The notes under the pieces were generated by a model. The model saw only the letters and a list, made by a program, of their open reading frames with translations, did no database searches and was not told where the DNA came from. Made by a program: the position numbers and the translations under genes. From Eutreptiella sp. 'Long Island Sound 2002' (Eukaryota > Protista > Euglenida): a stretch of 64,000 bases of DNA. This document shows positions 47,937-60,354 of this stretch, one piece after another. Each line of letters begins with the position of its first letter. The first letter of the stretch is position 1. Location: the NCBI GenBank assembly GCA_964036045.1, contig OZ038379.1, forward strand, positions 62,992,001 through 63,056,000, given 5' to 3'.

Positions 47937-49537
47937 GGGTATTTGGTAAAACTGAGTACCAGACGAGGTAAAACTGAGTAAAATGTGGTAAAATTGAGTA
48001 GATTTGAGGTAAAACTGAGTAAAAAAAAATTTTTTTACTCAGTAAAAAGACAATTTTTTTTGAAAAAAAGTGCACAAAAAACTGCACACTTTGATGGTAG
48101 GTGGTACTTTTGTTTAAGGGCATAAAGCCCCCAGGTCGATTCCCGGCCACTTGTGTTAGTGGCGCCCCACCCGGGCCAAACCATCATGTATATATCACAC
48201 AACCGCTTCACCAAGGAGGGTTGAGTACCGTATGCATGCATGCACAGAGGAGGGAGGGATCACACAACCACTTCACCAAAGAGGGTTGAGTATCGTATGC
48301 ATGCATGCACAGAGGAGGGAGGGAGGGTGGGGCCAACTACTTACAAGTAGTTACAAAAGACACGCTTGAAGATCAAGTCGGCCTTAGTATCTCTATAGTG
48401 AGGCTTGCCTCTCGGGGTGGGATTCAGCTTGCATCTCTCAAAGAAATCTTCTTTCTTTTCCAAATGAAGCTTTTTGCAAAATGCTTGGTCATTTTCCAAT
48501 TGACCATCAGCATTTTGGGGGTATTGAGGAGGCAACGCATACCACTTCTGACAGATCCACACACCGGGACGGGTGTCAGTGGCATTGGCATTGGCAGGAG
48601 TGACATGAGTGGCATTGGCAGCAGTAACTGCAGCAAAAGCAACAGCAGCAGCAGCAGCAGCAACGTTGGCCGCCCAGAATTGGCGCAATCCTACACAAAT
48701 CTCGGACTGACACAAGACGGTGGTATGGAAGGTACAATGAAGCGGGGGGCAAAATCAGAAGTGGCCCACTTGTGGGCAAAGTGGCTACGTCACCCCTGCC
48801 GTCTCGGGGATCCCCACCGCTGCAGAGCGGGGGGGTAAATCAGAAGTGGCCCACTTGTGGGCAAAGTGGCTACGTCACCCCTGCTGTCTCAGGGATCCCC
48901 ACCGCTTCAGAGCGGGAGGGGAAATCAGAAGTGGCCCACTTGTGGGCAAAGTGGCTACGTCACCCCTGCCGTCTCGGGGATACCCACCGCTGCAGAGCGG
49001 GGGGCAAAATCAGAAGTGGCCCACTTGTGGGCAAAGTGACTACGTCACCCCTGCCGTCTCGGGGATCCCCACCGCTGCAGAGCGGGGGGGGGGGGAATCA
49101 GAAGTGGCCCACTTGTGGGCAAAGTGGCTACGTCACCCCTGCCGTCTCGGGGATCCCCACCGCTGCAGAGCGGGGGGGGGGGGGATCAGAAGTGGCCCAC
49201 TTGTGGGCAAAGTGGCTACGTCACCCCTGCCGTCTCCGGGGATCCCCACCGCTGCAGAGCGGGGAGCAAAATCAGAAGTGGCCCACAAGTGGGCAAGGTG
49301 GCTACGTCACCCCTGCCGTCTCGGGGATCCCCACCGCTGCAGATTTTTTTTCTACTAAGTTTTTTACTTAGTAAAAATTTTTTTTCTACTAAGTTTTTTA
49401 CTTAGTAAAAAAAATTTTTTTTCTACTAAGTTTTTTACTGAGTAAAAAATTTTTTTTTCTAATCAGTTTCGCAACTGAGTAGAAACCCCACTTACTGAGT
49501 AACAAATTGTTTTTTTACTCAGTTTTACCACGGACCC
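47937..49537. mobile_element. Non-autonomous Mutator/foldback-like element, 1601 bp, 9-bp TSD ACTCTAGGG
   Basis: TIR GGGT(ATT/CCG)TGGTAAAACTGAGTA, TSD at 47928-47936 and 49538-49546, and subterminal arrays of GGTAAAACTGAGTA / TACT(C/T)AGT. Confidence 0.85.
48748..49342. repeat. Seven copies of a ~87-bp satellite inside the MULE-like element
   Basis: AATCAGAAGTGGCCCACTTGTGGGCAAAGTGGCTACGTCACCCCTGCCGTCTCGGGGATCCCCACCGCTGCAGAGCGG occurs seven times. Confidence 0.97.
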
Positions 49538-51362
49538 ACTCTAGGGTGCGACACAGTCATGTGGCGACGTGGTAGCAGACAGAGAGGTACCAGATATCTA
49601 GGCTGATCTGCATGAGATGTCCGATAACAGCAACAATGGTATGAGGGAGAGGTCGCAATGCGACAATCTCAGTGACAGGGGAGTATATGAGTTGACAAAT
49701 GCACACATGGAGGGAAGTTCAGCTATGGGGAATCACTCTGACCCTGAAACCTGCCCTCAGCGAAGCTGCCCAGCAACCCAATAACTGTCACTGAGGCATT
49801 GCTGACACAATGGACAGTGGACAACGAATGATATGCAATGACTGGATTGCCTGTGATTTCAATTCAGAGGTGCCAGGGGTGGGGTTTGGGTCCTTTGAGC
49901 CACCCCCCCCCCCCCCTCTTCAAGGGTCAGATGTTGCGTGTGCGGTTGGTCACCATACCCAGTGCCCCTCCGTCCGCGGTCAGGCTTCCCAAACCATTGC
50001 TTGCAACACATGTGCCCACTTCTGGGCTTTTGGGAGCCTGAACTCCACTTTTACCGCAAGCAACCCCACAGATCCACCCAAGCACCCCCTGGGCCCCAAG
50101 GCTAGACCCTGTGTAGTAGTCAATGAGAGTCGAGAGTTGAGAGTGTTGCAAGGATGTAACATCCCCTTGGCATCCTTTGCCGGATCATATGCTTTAAGGA
50201 TGGTATCAGCCGCAAAAGGCAGATACCAGCACTGGGACAGTACATGGTGTATAGTCTCCAGTGTACGGAGCCCCCGAAAACCCAGGCTTGATGACCCTTT
50301 GAGGCCTAAGACCGCTGCCTCGTGTGTGACACCAAGGCCCAGAGCAAGGTACTTTGGACCGCGAATTTTGGCGGTTGTGCAATGTTCCGCTTTGCATTGA
50401 GAAACACGGAACACCAAAATTTCGGCTAAATCCAAGCCTCCACAATGGAATTCTGATGTTTCCCCTTTGTGTGTGATTGTTGCTACTGGCTTCCTTGTTT
50501 GCCGATGCTGCTCCTGTTGCTTGCTGCCACTGGTGTTAGAAAGGATACCTCCACCCAAGGCCTTAAAGGGTGTTTAAAATTTTACTGGTTCCTGACCCTT
50601 AACCTTGTTCAATCTCGATTAGTGCAACATTTTGAATTCAAATAGCAATTGACGAAGCAAATCTGGGTGCGTGAAACAATTTGTTTGCATGAATGCATAA
50701 GCATGCATGGGGGCAGATGGTCAAGATTGACTTGTTGAGATCTTCCAATTGGTAGAAGATTTTGACTTCTAATCATATGCAATACGCAATGGATGCCGCA
50801 TTTTGGGGGCTGTTGAAAAGAGTGTGATGGACGGATACACCCTAAAACATGGAGTGGATGGCTAAGCCATCTTTAACCATGTTTGAAATGAAATAGGCAA
50901 CTAGAGGCTGATCAATGGGGCAGAGGGTCCAACCAATTCTTTTGGATGCAGCATCTAAAGCATTTTGAAGCATACAATTAATTTGAAGTGGAGATGACCT
51001 TGTATATGGTTTCTTGGTGTGGTCCTGTGTAGTTTAATGTGACACATTTCTTAAGTTGGGAAGAGGAGGGTGTTGTTTGGATGACAACTGGGCATGTGTC
51101 GGCAATGAGCGAAAATATGCACCAACGTTTTTCCGACGTTGCGGGCGGTAGCTTGGTTGTTCAAGTGTGCAAGCCAACACTGGTGGTGAGCTCCCGCTTG
51201 CTTGGTATAAAACTACAAATAAAGGTGCTCACAGCTCACTCATCCGCTCTATGTGAATACCACAATGCACAATAAGCGTTTGCAAGCACACGCATACGCA
51301 AGAGAGATACGCAACAGGTCCCCATCCAAGCCCATGGTAATGATCTCGGGGTCGTCCCTCAC

Positions 51363-51425
51363 CAAGTGCAAGACATCCCAAATCTTCACCAACACATATC
51401 CAATTAGTTCATCTTGAAAGACATC
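51363..51425 (-). CDS. Host exon, C-terminal part of a C2 domain (DVFQDELIGYVLVKIWDVLHL)
   Basis: GTCAG| ... TTG|GTGAG, 63 nt, phase 0-0; matches the C2 pattern D..D.LIG.V.I. Confidence 0.65.
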
Positions 51426-53530
51426 CTGACGAATGCAATGAATTGAAAGAGCATGCCGTCGACACGAGTCACCATCGACATGGGTCACCAAGACAAACGA
51501 ACAGCTAAACTGCATGGAAACCGCCTGTGACACATTTCTTGGTCCATTTTATGACTGCTGATGCACCTCTTGTAGCTCAAGCCTACAACATCTAGCTCAG
51601 ACTTCGGCTCATCTACATCAATATTGACAAGATTGATGATTTGTGCTTGTCACCGAGAGCCATGGCACCTCTTACATTGTGACCCCATCCCAACTCCACA
51701 AATGAATATTGAATATTGAATGCGGGTAGGTTAGGTTTTGGCAATGGCAGACAATGGTGCATTGTCACGGACTGGTGCTGAAAGCGAGGTTGAGGTGCTC
51801 GGGGCGATTTTCACCTTGAAGATCTACATCTATCCAATGTCAAAGATGATTCAAAGGGGGAATACCTGCACCACGGCACCATGCGTGCACCGCGTAATCA
51901 ATTGGATTAAACTATTGGGAAACGGTCAATCCTTGGAAGCCATAAAAAAAGGTGCACCCTGGAGGCCTCTAAGCTGCTTGTTGTTACTTTCCACAGGCTT
52001 GTGGATGCTTGTTGAAAATGTTTGGAGGCTCCTAGATGCTGTTCATTGTTGAAAAAAATTTGATGTCTGCTATTAGGTTTGCCATTGCTACTGCTATTGC
52101 TATTTGCTTTTTACTAATAGGGGGAGTACATATGTGGTGCGCGTGCACCACGCCACGAACTGCGGCGAGTACACTTGGGCCAACTTGATTTTTACCCCCT
52201 CCCCAAATGGCCCCTCAGGAAAGCAAACCCCTCCTTCCCTTGCTGTTATTTGTTGGGGCTTTTGGACTTCTAATTTCTGGTGGCTTCTTCATGATTGCTG
52301 GTAATTCTTGATATTTTGTGGATGGTTGCTCTTAATTCCCAGTGGCTTTTGGATGGTTGCAATTCGGTTAGCAGGCACCGTGGGGTGAGAAACACGGTGA
52401 CCTTTGGCATTATACTCAATGCTCGTGTACTGCCCACACTCGGATGGGGAGATGACAGTGGCAGGCACCCTATCACCATTTGATCACGTGTAGGTGACAG
52501 CGATGCCCGCAACCAAGGCATGAAAAAACCATGGTTGATATGGTAATAAGACACAGTGCAATACATGCAATGGTCATACTTGTGAAGCCAAACACATGCA
52601 CTGTGTGAGGAGCTGACCAGAGACGCGTTTGTGCAATTAGGAGGTGGAGAAAAGCAGGAGAGAAAAAGCACCCACAAACTTGTGTCATAAAATTTGATCA
52701 CCTTTCCAGTTGTGCATGGCTGATGCAACGCCATTTATCCATTTCAAGTTTCCACAATGTTTCACCACACACCACACAAATTGAAGGAAGATTGATTTTA
52801 CATCGGCTATGTTTTCTCTGGTGGTGTGAGGCAAAGGAACCCTTTCGCACGGATGTTCTCCGTGGTATTGTACATGCTCCTTTTTTGCAAGGATGCCGGA
52901 GGCACACGACTGTGTCAGGAGTTAGGTGCACAAATGCACATGAAAGGTTGTCATCGCTTGGTATGTCCTCCACACTTCGACCAGTTGGGTCTCAACTAGT
53001 AGCAGCGTGAACAACATCAACGCAAACAACGTAAACGTAAACAACATCAGCAGAAAATCAATTCACCACAACTCATGTTTCTCCGTCACAAATCATTGCA
53101 AACGCAAACAGAGAACACGAGGAGATAGAGAGAGAGGGGAGCGAAGGGAGGGAGGGAGGGAGGGAGCAACGTCGCTATGCAATAAAGAAATTGGTGCTGC
53201 AGAAGAATTTTCGTGTGCATTGACCCAAAGAAGGTTGGTGGTAGGTCAAATGACCAAGTCCATGGTGATTACCCATTTCTTCCACAGCTCTTCACAAGCC
53301 AAATGGTCCGTTCCCTCCCAACAATCTGTTCGCTATTCGGACAAACAAAACATGTTATTAGATGCATCCAAATTGCACCAAGAATTCGAGGTTTAGATCG
53401 ACATTGATTGTTTTTGGACACATTGGATGGGCCTCAGATTCCTGGAACTGTGAAAAAGTGAAAAAAGTGTGACCACTATTTGCAGCTTTGAATATCACTT
53501 ACTCGCATGCGACTTGGGGGGCACCCTCAC

Positions 53531-53710
53531 CATCGACCTTGTCCCAAATTTCAATACGTAGCACGTCAGAGCGGACGTCCATGAGGGGCACAATGAACCG
53601 CTGGTTGAATACAGGTTCTGAATCGTTCATAATTGTAATCGTCTTGGCTTTGAATGGCACGCGGCGCTTGTCATCCTCGAATTGCAGGACACAATATGTA
53701 TCGCATAGCC
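53531..53710 (-). CDS. Host exon encoding a C2 domain core
   Basis: TTACAG| ... GATG|GTGAG, 180 nt, phase 1-1; LCDTYCVLQF...KTITIMNDSEPVFNQRFIVPL...VLRIEIWDKVD is a typical C2 signature. Confidence 0.85.
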
Positions 53711-55749
53711 CTGTAATCATGTTGGCATGCTGGCCTCAATGAGCACAGCCAGGTGCTTTTGACTCGTGTTGACAGGGGCAGGGCTTGGTCAGATGTTGAA
53801 GATCCATACAACGCCGAAGATTCGAGCTACAACCATTCATCCATCGACAAACATGCATGTAATTAATTCTAATAACCGTGCTGCACACTGCCATCAGTGC
53901 CTCGGAGAGCGTGCGAGTTCTCATCGTTGATTCAGCAACACAACCCCATCCAGAGCCAAAGCATTTCATCCATTCAAAGCATTAACAATCATTAATTCCC
54001 AGTGCAAAGAATGGCAAGTAGGGTAGAAATATGCCTCTTGCCCCTCTTGTACCATCCTGTGTACACCCTGAAACCCAACCCATGTTGACCAAAATCGAAA
54101 AAGATAAGATTGAACATTGGGTCTACGAACTCTTAGCCCAATATTACCTTTTGTGGTGTGGAGTACAGATGGGCTTGCGCACTTATTACACTTTGCTGAT
54201 GACGAACGTTTTTGCTTTTGGTGAATGAACCGTTTGATCCGTGAACAACTCTGCCCCCCGCGACAACCTGTGGCCTCATGGCCCTATGTTGTAAGTGGGA
54301 GTTCCTCATGCATCCTTGATTATTCTTGGAGCTTTGCACCAACCCCTTGTTCCGTGGCTCATTGTCGACCTCAATGGCCAAAAAGTAAGACGCTCCATAC
54401 GTGGGGCACAAAAGGGATTTCCCCGAATAGGAACTGCAAGGCTCAGATGTTGGTGGACACTAGAGATACACGAAAACATACCTGAACGGAAGTATTGAAG
54501 GCAACAATCACAAAAGTCCGTTGGAGGAAGCTTGGACACCTTCATAAGTTGGAGGCATATTACGCCTCCACTAATGATGACATTCTGACGAGGGATAGAA
54601 CAAGGCCGCACAACCGCGTACTGACGGAAGAAACTAAGAGGTGGTTTGGGTGAACTTACTGACATGGTGACTTTGGTCCATGTCCAAGTCCAAGGACAAG
54701 ACCAATACAACACAGCGTGCAAACGCATTTTTGGGAGGCACCAGTTCACTCTGCAAGGTGCACGACAACCGTCACAAACCTTCATCAGTTCCCATTGTTG
54801 TTGTTGGCGATCAAACCCTGTGGCCAACTTGGGCTCTTCAGAATTCATTACTCATGCGCGCCAATTTGAGTCCATGATCAACCATGTGGGGTCATTGTGG
54901 ACCAAACCTGTCAACAACCGATGCAGGTCATTGTTCGGGTAGGCCAAGTTCACAGAATTAGCAGCCCTTTGGACACCGAACCCTGAGGAGGAGCCAGCTT
55001 GCAGCATGTTGTCCTGGACCCCACACCCGCCTGCATTAATTACTCAACCACAGAACTATGCAGCTTGAGAGGGTTTCTGCAACGTTTCTTGAAGATGACT
55101 CAGAAGAGCAAAGGATTGGCAACATGGACAACCCGAAGGCACTCCACTTAGGCTGTTAGGCTTTCGAAAGCTGCCAAACATTTGCCTATGCACTAGAGGC
55201 CACAACTCACAAGATTGCAAAGTAAACATGGCTCCGGCTTCTAGGATCTCCCGTTTTATTTGCTAGATATCTGAGAAATGCCATTAGCGAAATTGAGATA
55301 TCGGAGTCGCAACCCAAATAGAATTTGAATGCATCAAATTACGTTGAAAGATGGACTCTACTCCCCCCTGTCTTTGCGCCATCCAGATTCCTGATTTTTA
55401 GGCAAACAGGTTTTTTTGCATACAACAACAACAGCAAGAGCGGGCAGACAACAAGAGCGTTCTCAAATGGCCATGACCTGCGAAGATCGTAAAATTAGTG
55501 TGACATCAACCGAAATTTCTACCACAGCAATTTATGATCTCATTTACCGAGTGTCCACACATAGATTCAAAAACAATCATGGTGTCTGACTACACCCGGC
55601 TGTAGGGTTCGGTTTCTACTCAAGGTCCCTAAATGCCCAGCATACATTCGAATGGCTAAACTGATACCCGTCACCAACTGCCAACGTGTAGGCGTGCATG
55701 GAGGACAGGTGAGGGATAGCACTCATGTGGTACTCTAACTGAAGGAAAC

Positions 55750-58700
55750 TCAGTCACTGTCATTCATCCCTTCATAGGATTCCTGCATATCTCTGCGGTG
55801 AAACCACTGGCGAGCTGCATCAGACTCCAAACACAGAATTCCCTCCCTCCACATTTCTATGGGTGGGGGAGGTTGTTCTTTGTAGTGATGGTGGAAGTCA
55901 AAACGATATTTAGCATATGACCAGCGGTCAAGAGGGGAGGAGGCATCAAACTGATGTGCATTGTGTTTACCAAGGACAATGGAGCGCCACGGGGAGATCT
56001 CCTTGTCCCACCAGGTCCACACGCGCGACACATGCTGAGGAGACGCGACAGGCCCGCGGGGGATTTCTAGCAGTGTGGCGTCTTCATCGTCGCTTGAGCC
56101 GGAGGGTGTGTCCGGACTAGACAGGTTAGAAGGCAGTGGTAATGTTAGTGTACACAGTGACTGTGTGCGCAGGGCCATACGGAGGCGCTTCAGTGGGGGG
56201 ACAGTGGGGGATGATGGTTCTCCGGATGAGGTTTCTTGCGGACGTGGGGAGGGGGGTCGGTCATGCTTGCGGGTTTGAGCTCGCTGACTGGGATCTCTGG
56301 GCCGCCTCGCCTTTCAGGGGGGGGGGGGCTGGGGGGGGGGGTCCCCGTGGGGGGGTTTTTGGGCGTGGTGCCTGCACAGGGCTTTCCGTTGGCCGTGGGG
56401 ACGTGGACAACGGTCTAGGTTCGTGTGAGTCCCGCTGCATATCATACAAGAACACAGGGACTTGCTTGCTGCGCGTGATTCTGCATGTTGCACATGGCGG
56501 TGGGACTGGCACAGGCTGTAACCTACGCCGCTTTTTCTGGGGTTATGGTGCCTCTGAGGTGGTGGGTATTACCGTCTTTGTTTTGTCTGGACATGGTAGG
56601 GGAAAGCTTTTCAAGGGGATGAGTGAATGACCTGCAGGGGTTGTCAGGAACCAACTCAGGGATGGTATCTGTACCCGCAGATCAACAGAGGGAAGCGGTA
56701 CATCAGGGGTAGTGAGTGCAAAACCGGCTGGAACTGGGCAGACCCAGGTCCAATCATCACGTACTATGCTCCAGGACAAAGGGGGCTGACCAACATACAA
56801 TGGCTGCTTCGTTTCAAAAGCAGTGCGTAGTTGGGGTTCCAACCATGCTCGTGGGTAACCCCGCGTTGAAAACTCCCAGAAGGCCTGACGATAATTGTTA
56901 ATCCTGAACTGAACTGTAGTGGCCAACTGTAAGGATTTATGTGCCACCGCACAGGCGATACCGTGGACTACCTGAGAGGCGTGTGGCTCATGCGGTGACA
57001 GATAGCGCAAGGTGGGTGGGCAGTCGGTCAAGTGTGATGCCAACACCTTATTTTTCATGCCCCACTCAATATGTTCCCCTTGGCACTCCACCTGAACCTC
57101 CAAGAAGCACAAACTTCTGCCTGCCTGTTCCACAGAGAGGTCAAGGCGATAGAGGGTGGACAGAACATGCTTGATCTTAGACATCCAGTGTAGTATTTCG
57201 TGCAGTGGAGAGATGCAAAAAATGTTGTCCCTAAACCTTCCCAACTTTACATGACTTGGAATAAACTGTCCCCATGGTATGGTACTTTCGATGGCCATGA
57301 GGTAGGCGTCGGCATTTTGGGCAGACATGGGTCCGCCTATGGCCACGCCAGTGCACTGTTCCCACAGGTCCGTACCCAATTGGTAAAAGGAGTTCAAAAA
57401 CAGGTCTACTTTCATGATCTGGTGTATGTCCTGCACTGAAAAAACGTCGAAATACCGACTGTCTTTCGCCCCCAGACAGTCCATATCTCTGGCATTCCCT
57501 TTCGCTAACGATACAAACCTTTCATGTTCCCCTCGACGCATGGGATTCAGCTTGTCGTACGTGTCGTTGAGCGACTGCCATGCGTGTGGCACTTGGTCAC
57601 GGACGATGCTAGGGAACATTCTGTCGATGTCAAGCTCAAAACCACTTACAGGTATCCCAAGGCGTTTATACTCAGCACGTGCTGGTTGTAGGAAGCCCCA
57701 GAGGAGGTGTGCCTGGTCTAGGATTTGGAGAGTCAGGAACGTGTGCGCATATACCTTCTGTAGCACTGTAAGACACCTACCTCCTTTCCGCATCAATGGA
57801 CGAAGTGGATGGCTGGACTGTGTGAAGATCTCGCGCAGTTTTGCGAGTTCCAGTTGGAGGCGCTATGTAGTGGTGAGGCTTTTGTTTTTCAGGGATAATA
57901 TGACGCCTTGTACAGTCCACCGTTTCAGTTTTCCTTTAGGTGTATCCGGGGGGGGCGAAGGATTTGGCTGAAACGGATTTTGATGAACAGAAGCTGTCAC
58001 CTGTTGAACTGCATGTTGAAAAACCTGGTTGCGGAACTGCTCCCACGTGGCTTTGTTATCGTCGTCTGGCACAGACAGGTTGGGACATGTGGTGAGACGG
58101 AAGTGCTTTAAAGTCGGGGACATTGTAGAGAGCTGTCCCCTCATGTATTGGGCACTGACGTGTCTCTTCCAGGCAAGTATACATAACACCAGCGTGTAGA
58201 AGTACACGATATACGTGGTGTATAAATGTGTTGGCGACGGGAACGTATGATACAGTCTGTAGTTACCTGTCTACATGCTTTTCACAACCAGCTTGCAGAA
58301 AAATGCATAGCACACCACAGCATAGCAGTGCGTATTTTTATCGAGGCGGACAGGTACCCATGTGGGGTAGTCTGTATGGAATGACCTGATATGATGCTGA
58401 GGTGGCAGCGTGCGGTGTAGTGTGGCCTGGCCATCAGACATACGATTAACAATGGCATGCACGGTGGCAGCCAATCGTCGGAAAGGAAAGATGCGTATTT
58501 TTGGTACCTGCTGTCGAAACGCATTCAGGGAGGAGGAGATGTTCATGTGCAATCGCCACCTAGATGGGCACGTCGTGTAATTATTCTGGGCATGCAGGAC
58601 TACTTTGTATTTCTCCCCAAACGTAGAGACCAAAGTGTCCTTACGGCACAAACACGCACCCACATAGGTATCCTCGCCCATGGTCACCTGGCAACCGCAC

Positions 58701-59950
58701 CAATCTTTGTCCTCGGACGCAAGTGTGTAGTGTGTGTAGCTTTCCTGTAATCTGTCTTTGCAAAACGGCTGCAGCATCTTTGGCGGTATAGTCAGCGGTA
58801 TCCCCAACACCGACGCCATGTACGCCCCTGCAGCCCGAGGGTAGGGCGTGTCCCAAAAGAACTCCGCACACGCTTTACGAAGGAGGATGCATTCATCTTT
58901 TCCTATGAAAGGCACATGCAGTGTGAGGGTTCGCAGGAGAGGAAAATGTGCGTGTGCTCGCCAGTACGTCAGCATGCGCGTCTGCAGTGGGCTAAACTTA
59001 GACGGGGGCAAGGCACGTTTGGCAGCGATGAGGATGCGCAAGGCGTCCAGGGGCTGCAGGTCCAGTCTACCTGCAGTGAGGTATTTATTCTGGCGCTCAC
59101 CATCGTTGATGGCAGGCTCAGTGAGTTGCTTGTTTTTGCTTGCAGACCTGATCTGACGAGCCACCGCATATAGGGCAGCCGCCTAGACTTTTTATCGTTG
59201 AGGTTGTTCGGAAAATCATGAATTAGTGCTTGTTCACCGCGCGTTGCATGGGATCGCAGTGTCGCCCTAATAACCACCACCCTCCACTGGTGAACACCTG
59301 AATCATGCATGGTCCTGAGGTATGTCGGTCCTCGGACTCCTTTCGTACCGTAGAGTTTGTGCCATGCTCTCGCATCAACCACCTCCTGCAAAAAACGCCC
59401 TCCTACCGTGCTCTTCTCCCTGATAGCTCCCGTCTGGCCGAAATAAATTCTGCCATCACTGGGGCTGTATGCTCCATAGAGCCAGACGCCCACAACATGA
59501 AGGTCATTGTAGGTGGCAGGGTGCAGTGTATCGTACAAGTTGCGGATGTGCGCGCTAGGTGCCAGGTGCAGGACCTCATTAGCACGAAGACATTGATCCA
59601 GGAAAGGCTTGCGCCAGGTCTTGGTGCGCAGCAGGTTCTGTCGAACGTGACATTCTCTTTTCCAAACAGTCTAGAAAATGAGCTTCCCGTCATTGATGGG
59701 TCGTGACAGTCTCAGTTTCAATGGTTTCCTCGGAGAGGGGGGGGCATGATGTATGGGGTGGAATGGCTCTGAGTTTCAGTTCCCAGTGCGTGAGCATCGG
59801 TCCGACGCGTGCTACAACTACCGCATTTGACACTGGCCATCGGGTATGTACCCTTCGTGAACGGGGGATAAGTGGCCGTTTGAATGGGGCGTGAATATTC
59901 GCGCCAATTTACCCAAATTTCGAGGTTTTCGGAGGAAAGCGCCATATTTT
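55750..59950 (-). mobile_element. Penelope-like retroelement with N-terminal GIY-YIG endonuclease (Chlamys-type domain order); disrupted
   Basis: GIY-YIG WLYGAYSPSDGRIYFGQTG..RF..GEQALI..NNLN (59538-59200), then a linker with WCGC and RLDKN, then the PLE RT. A few stops and frameshifts; boundaries approximate. Confidence 0.85.
56543..57796 (-). CDS. Penelope-like reverse transcriptase domain
   Basis: ELDIDRMFPSI, QCTGVAIGGPMSAQNADAYL, RFRDNIF, LCFLEV and FSTRGYP. Confidence 0.88.
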   Translation of the reverse strand: MMRKGGRCLTVLQKVYAHTFLTLQILDQAHLLWGFLQPARAEYKRLGIPVSGFELDIDRMFPSIVRDQVPHAWQSLNDTYDKLNPMRRGEHERFVSLAKGNARDMDCLGAKDSRYFDVFSVQDIHQIMKVDLFLNSFYQLGTDLWEQCTGVAIGGPMSAQNADAYLMAIESTIPWGQFIPSHVKLGRFRDNIFCISPLHEILHWMSKIKHVLSTLYRLDLSVEQAGRSLCFLEVQVECQGEHIEWGMKNKVLASHLTDCPPTLRYLSPHEPHASQVVHGIACAVAHKSLQLATTVQFRINNYRQAFWEFSTRGYPRAWLEPQLRTAFETKQPLYVGQPPLSWSIVRDDWTWVCPVPAGFALTTPDVPLPSVDLRVQIPSLSWFLTTPAGHSLIPLKSFPLPCPDKTKTVIPTTSEAP

Positions 59951-60170
59951 GGGCTCCTTCTGGGGGATTTGAGGGGTTAAAAGTGTTGCCCCAACTTCAT
60001 TACGTATCATCCAGTGAAAGGCCCGCCCCAAAAGCATCCACCGAGCCCAAACGGCGCCCAAAACGAGAGGTGCCAAAACCCGGCAAGCCTGCAGCCGATT
60101 CACAGGCGTGAATTCACGTGAATTCGTACCAAATTTGTACGAATTTCAAGTGAATTCATACAAATTTCAC
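59885..60170. repeat. GTGAATTC / AAATTT palindromic motif cluster upstream of transposase fragment H
   Basis: GCGTGAATTCACGTGAATTCGTACCAAATTTGTACGAATTTCAAGTGAATTCATACAAATTTCAC. Confidence 0.7.
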
Positions 60171-60354
60171 CCTTGTGCACCCCCTCATTTGTCCTAACAC
60201 CCGGGGTACCCCCCCCCCCAATGCACCCCTACAGGCACCCTGGCTACAAGCAACATGTGCACAAGTGTGTGGGTGTGCCTTTGTGTGGGGTGTGTGGGTT
60301 TGTGTGGGTTTGTGTATGGGTGTATGGTTGGGTTTGCATGTGGGTGGATGCATG

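Noticed and set aside
55560-59950. Hammerhead ribozyme or pseudo-LTRs of the PLE
   Set aside because: No CTGANGA...GAAA core with flanking stems and no terminal repeat were found by eye.
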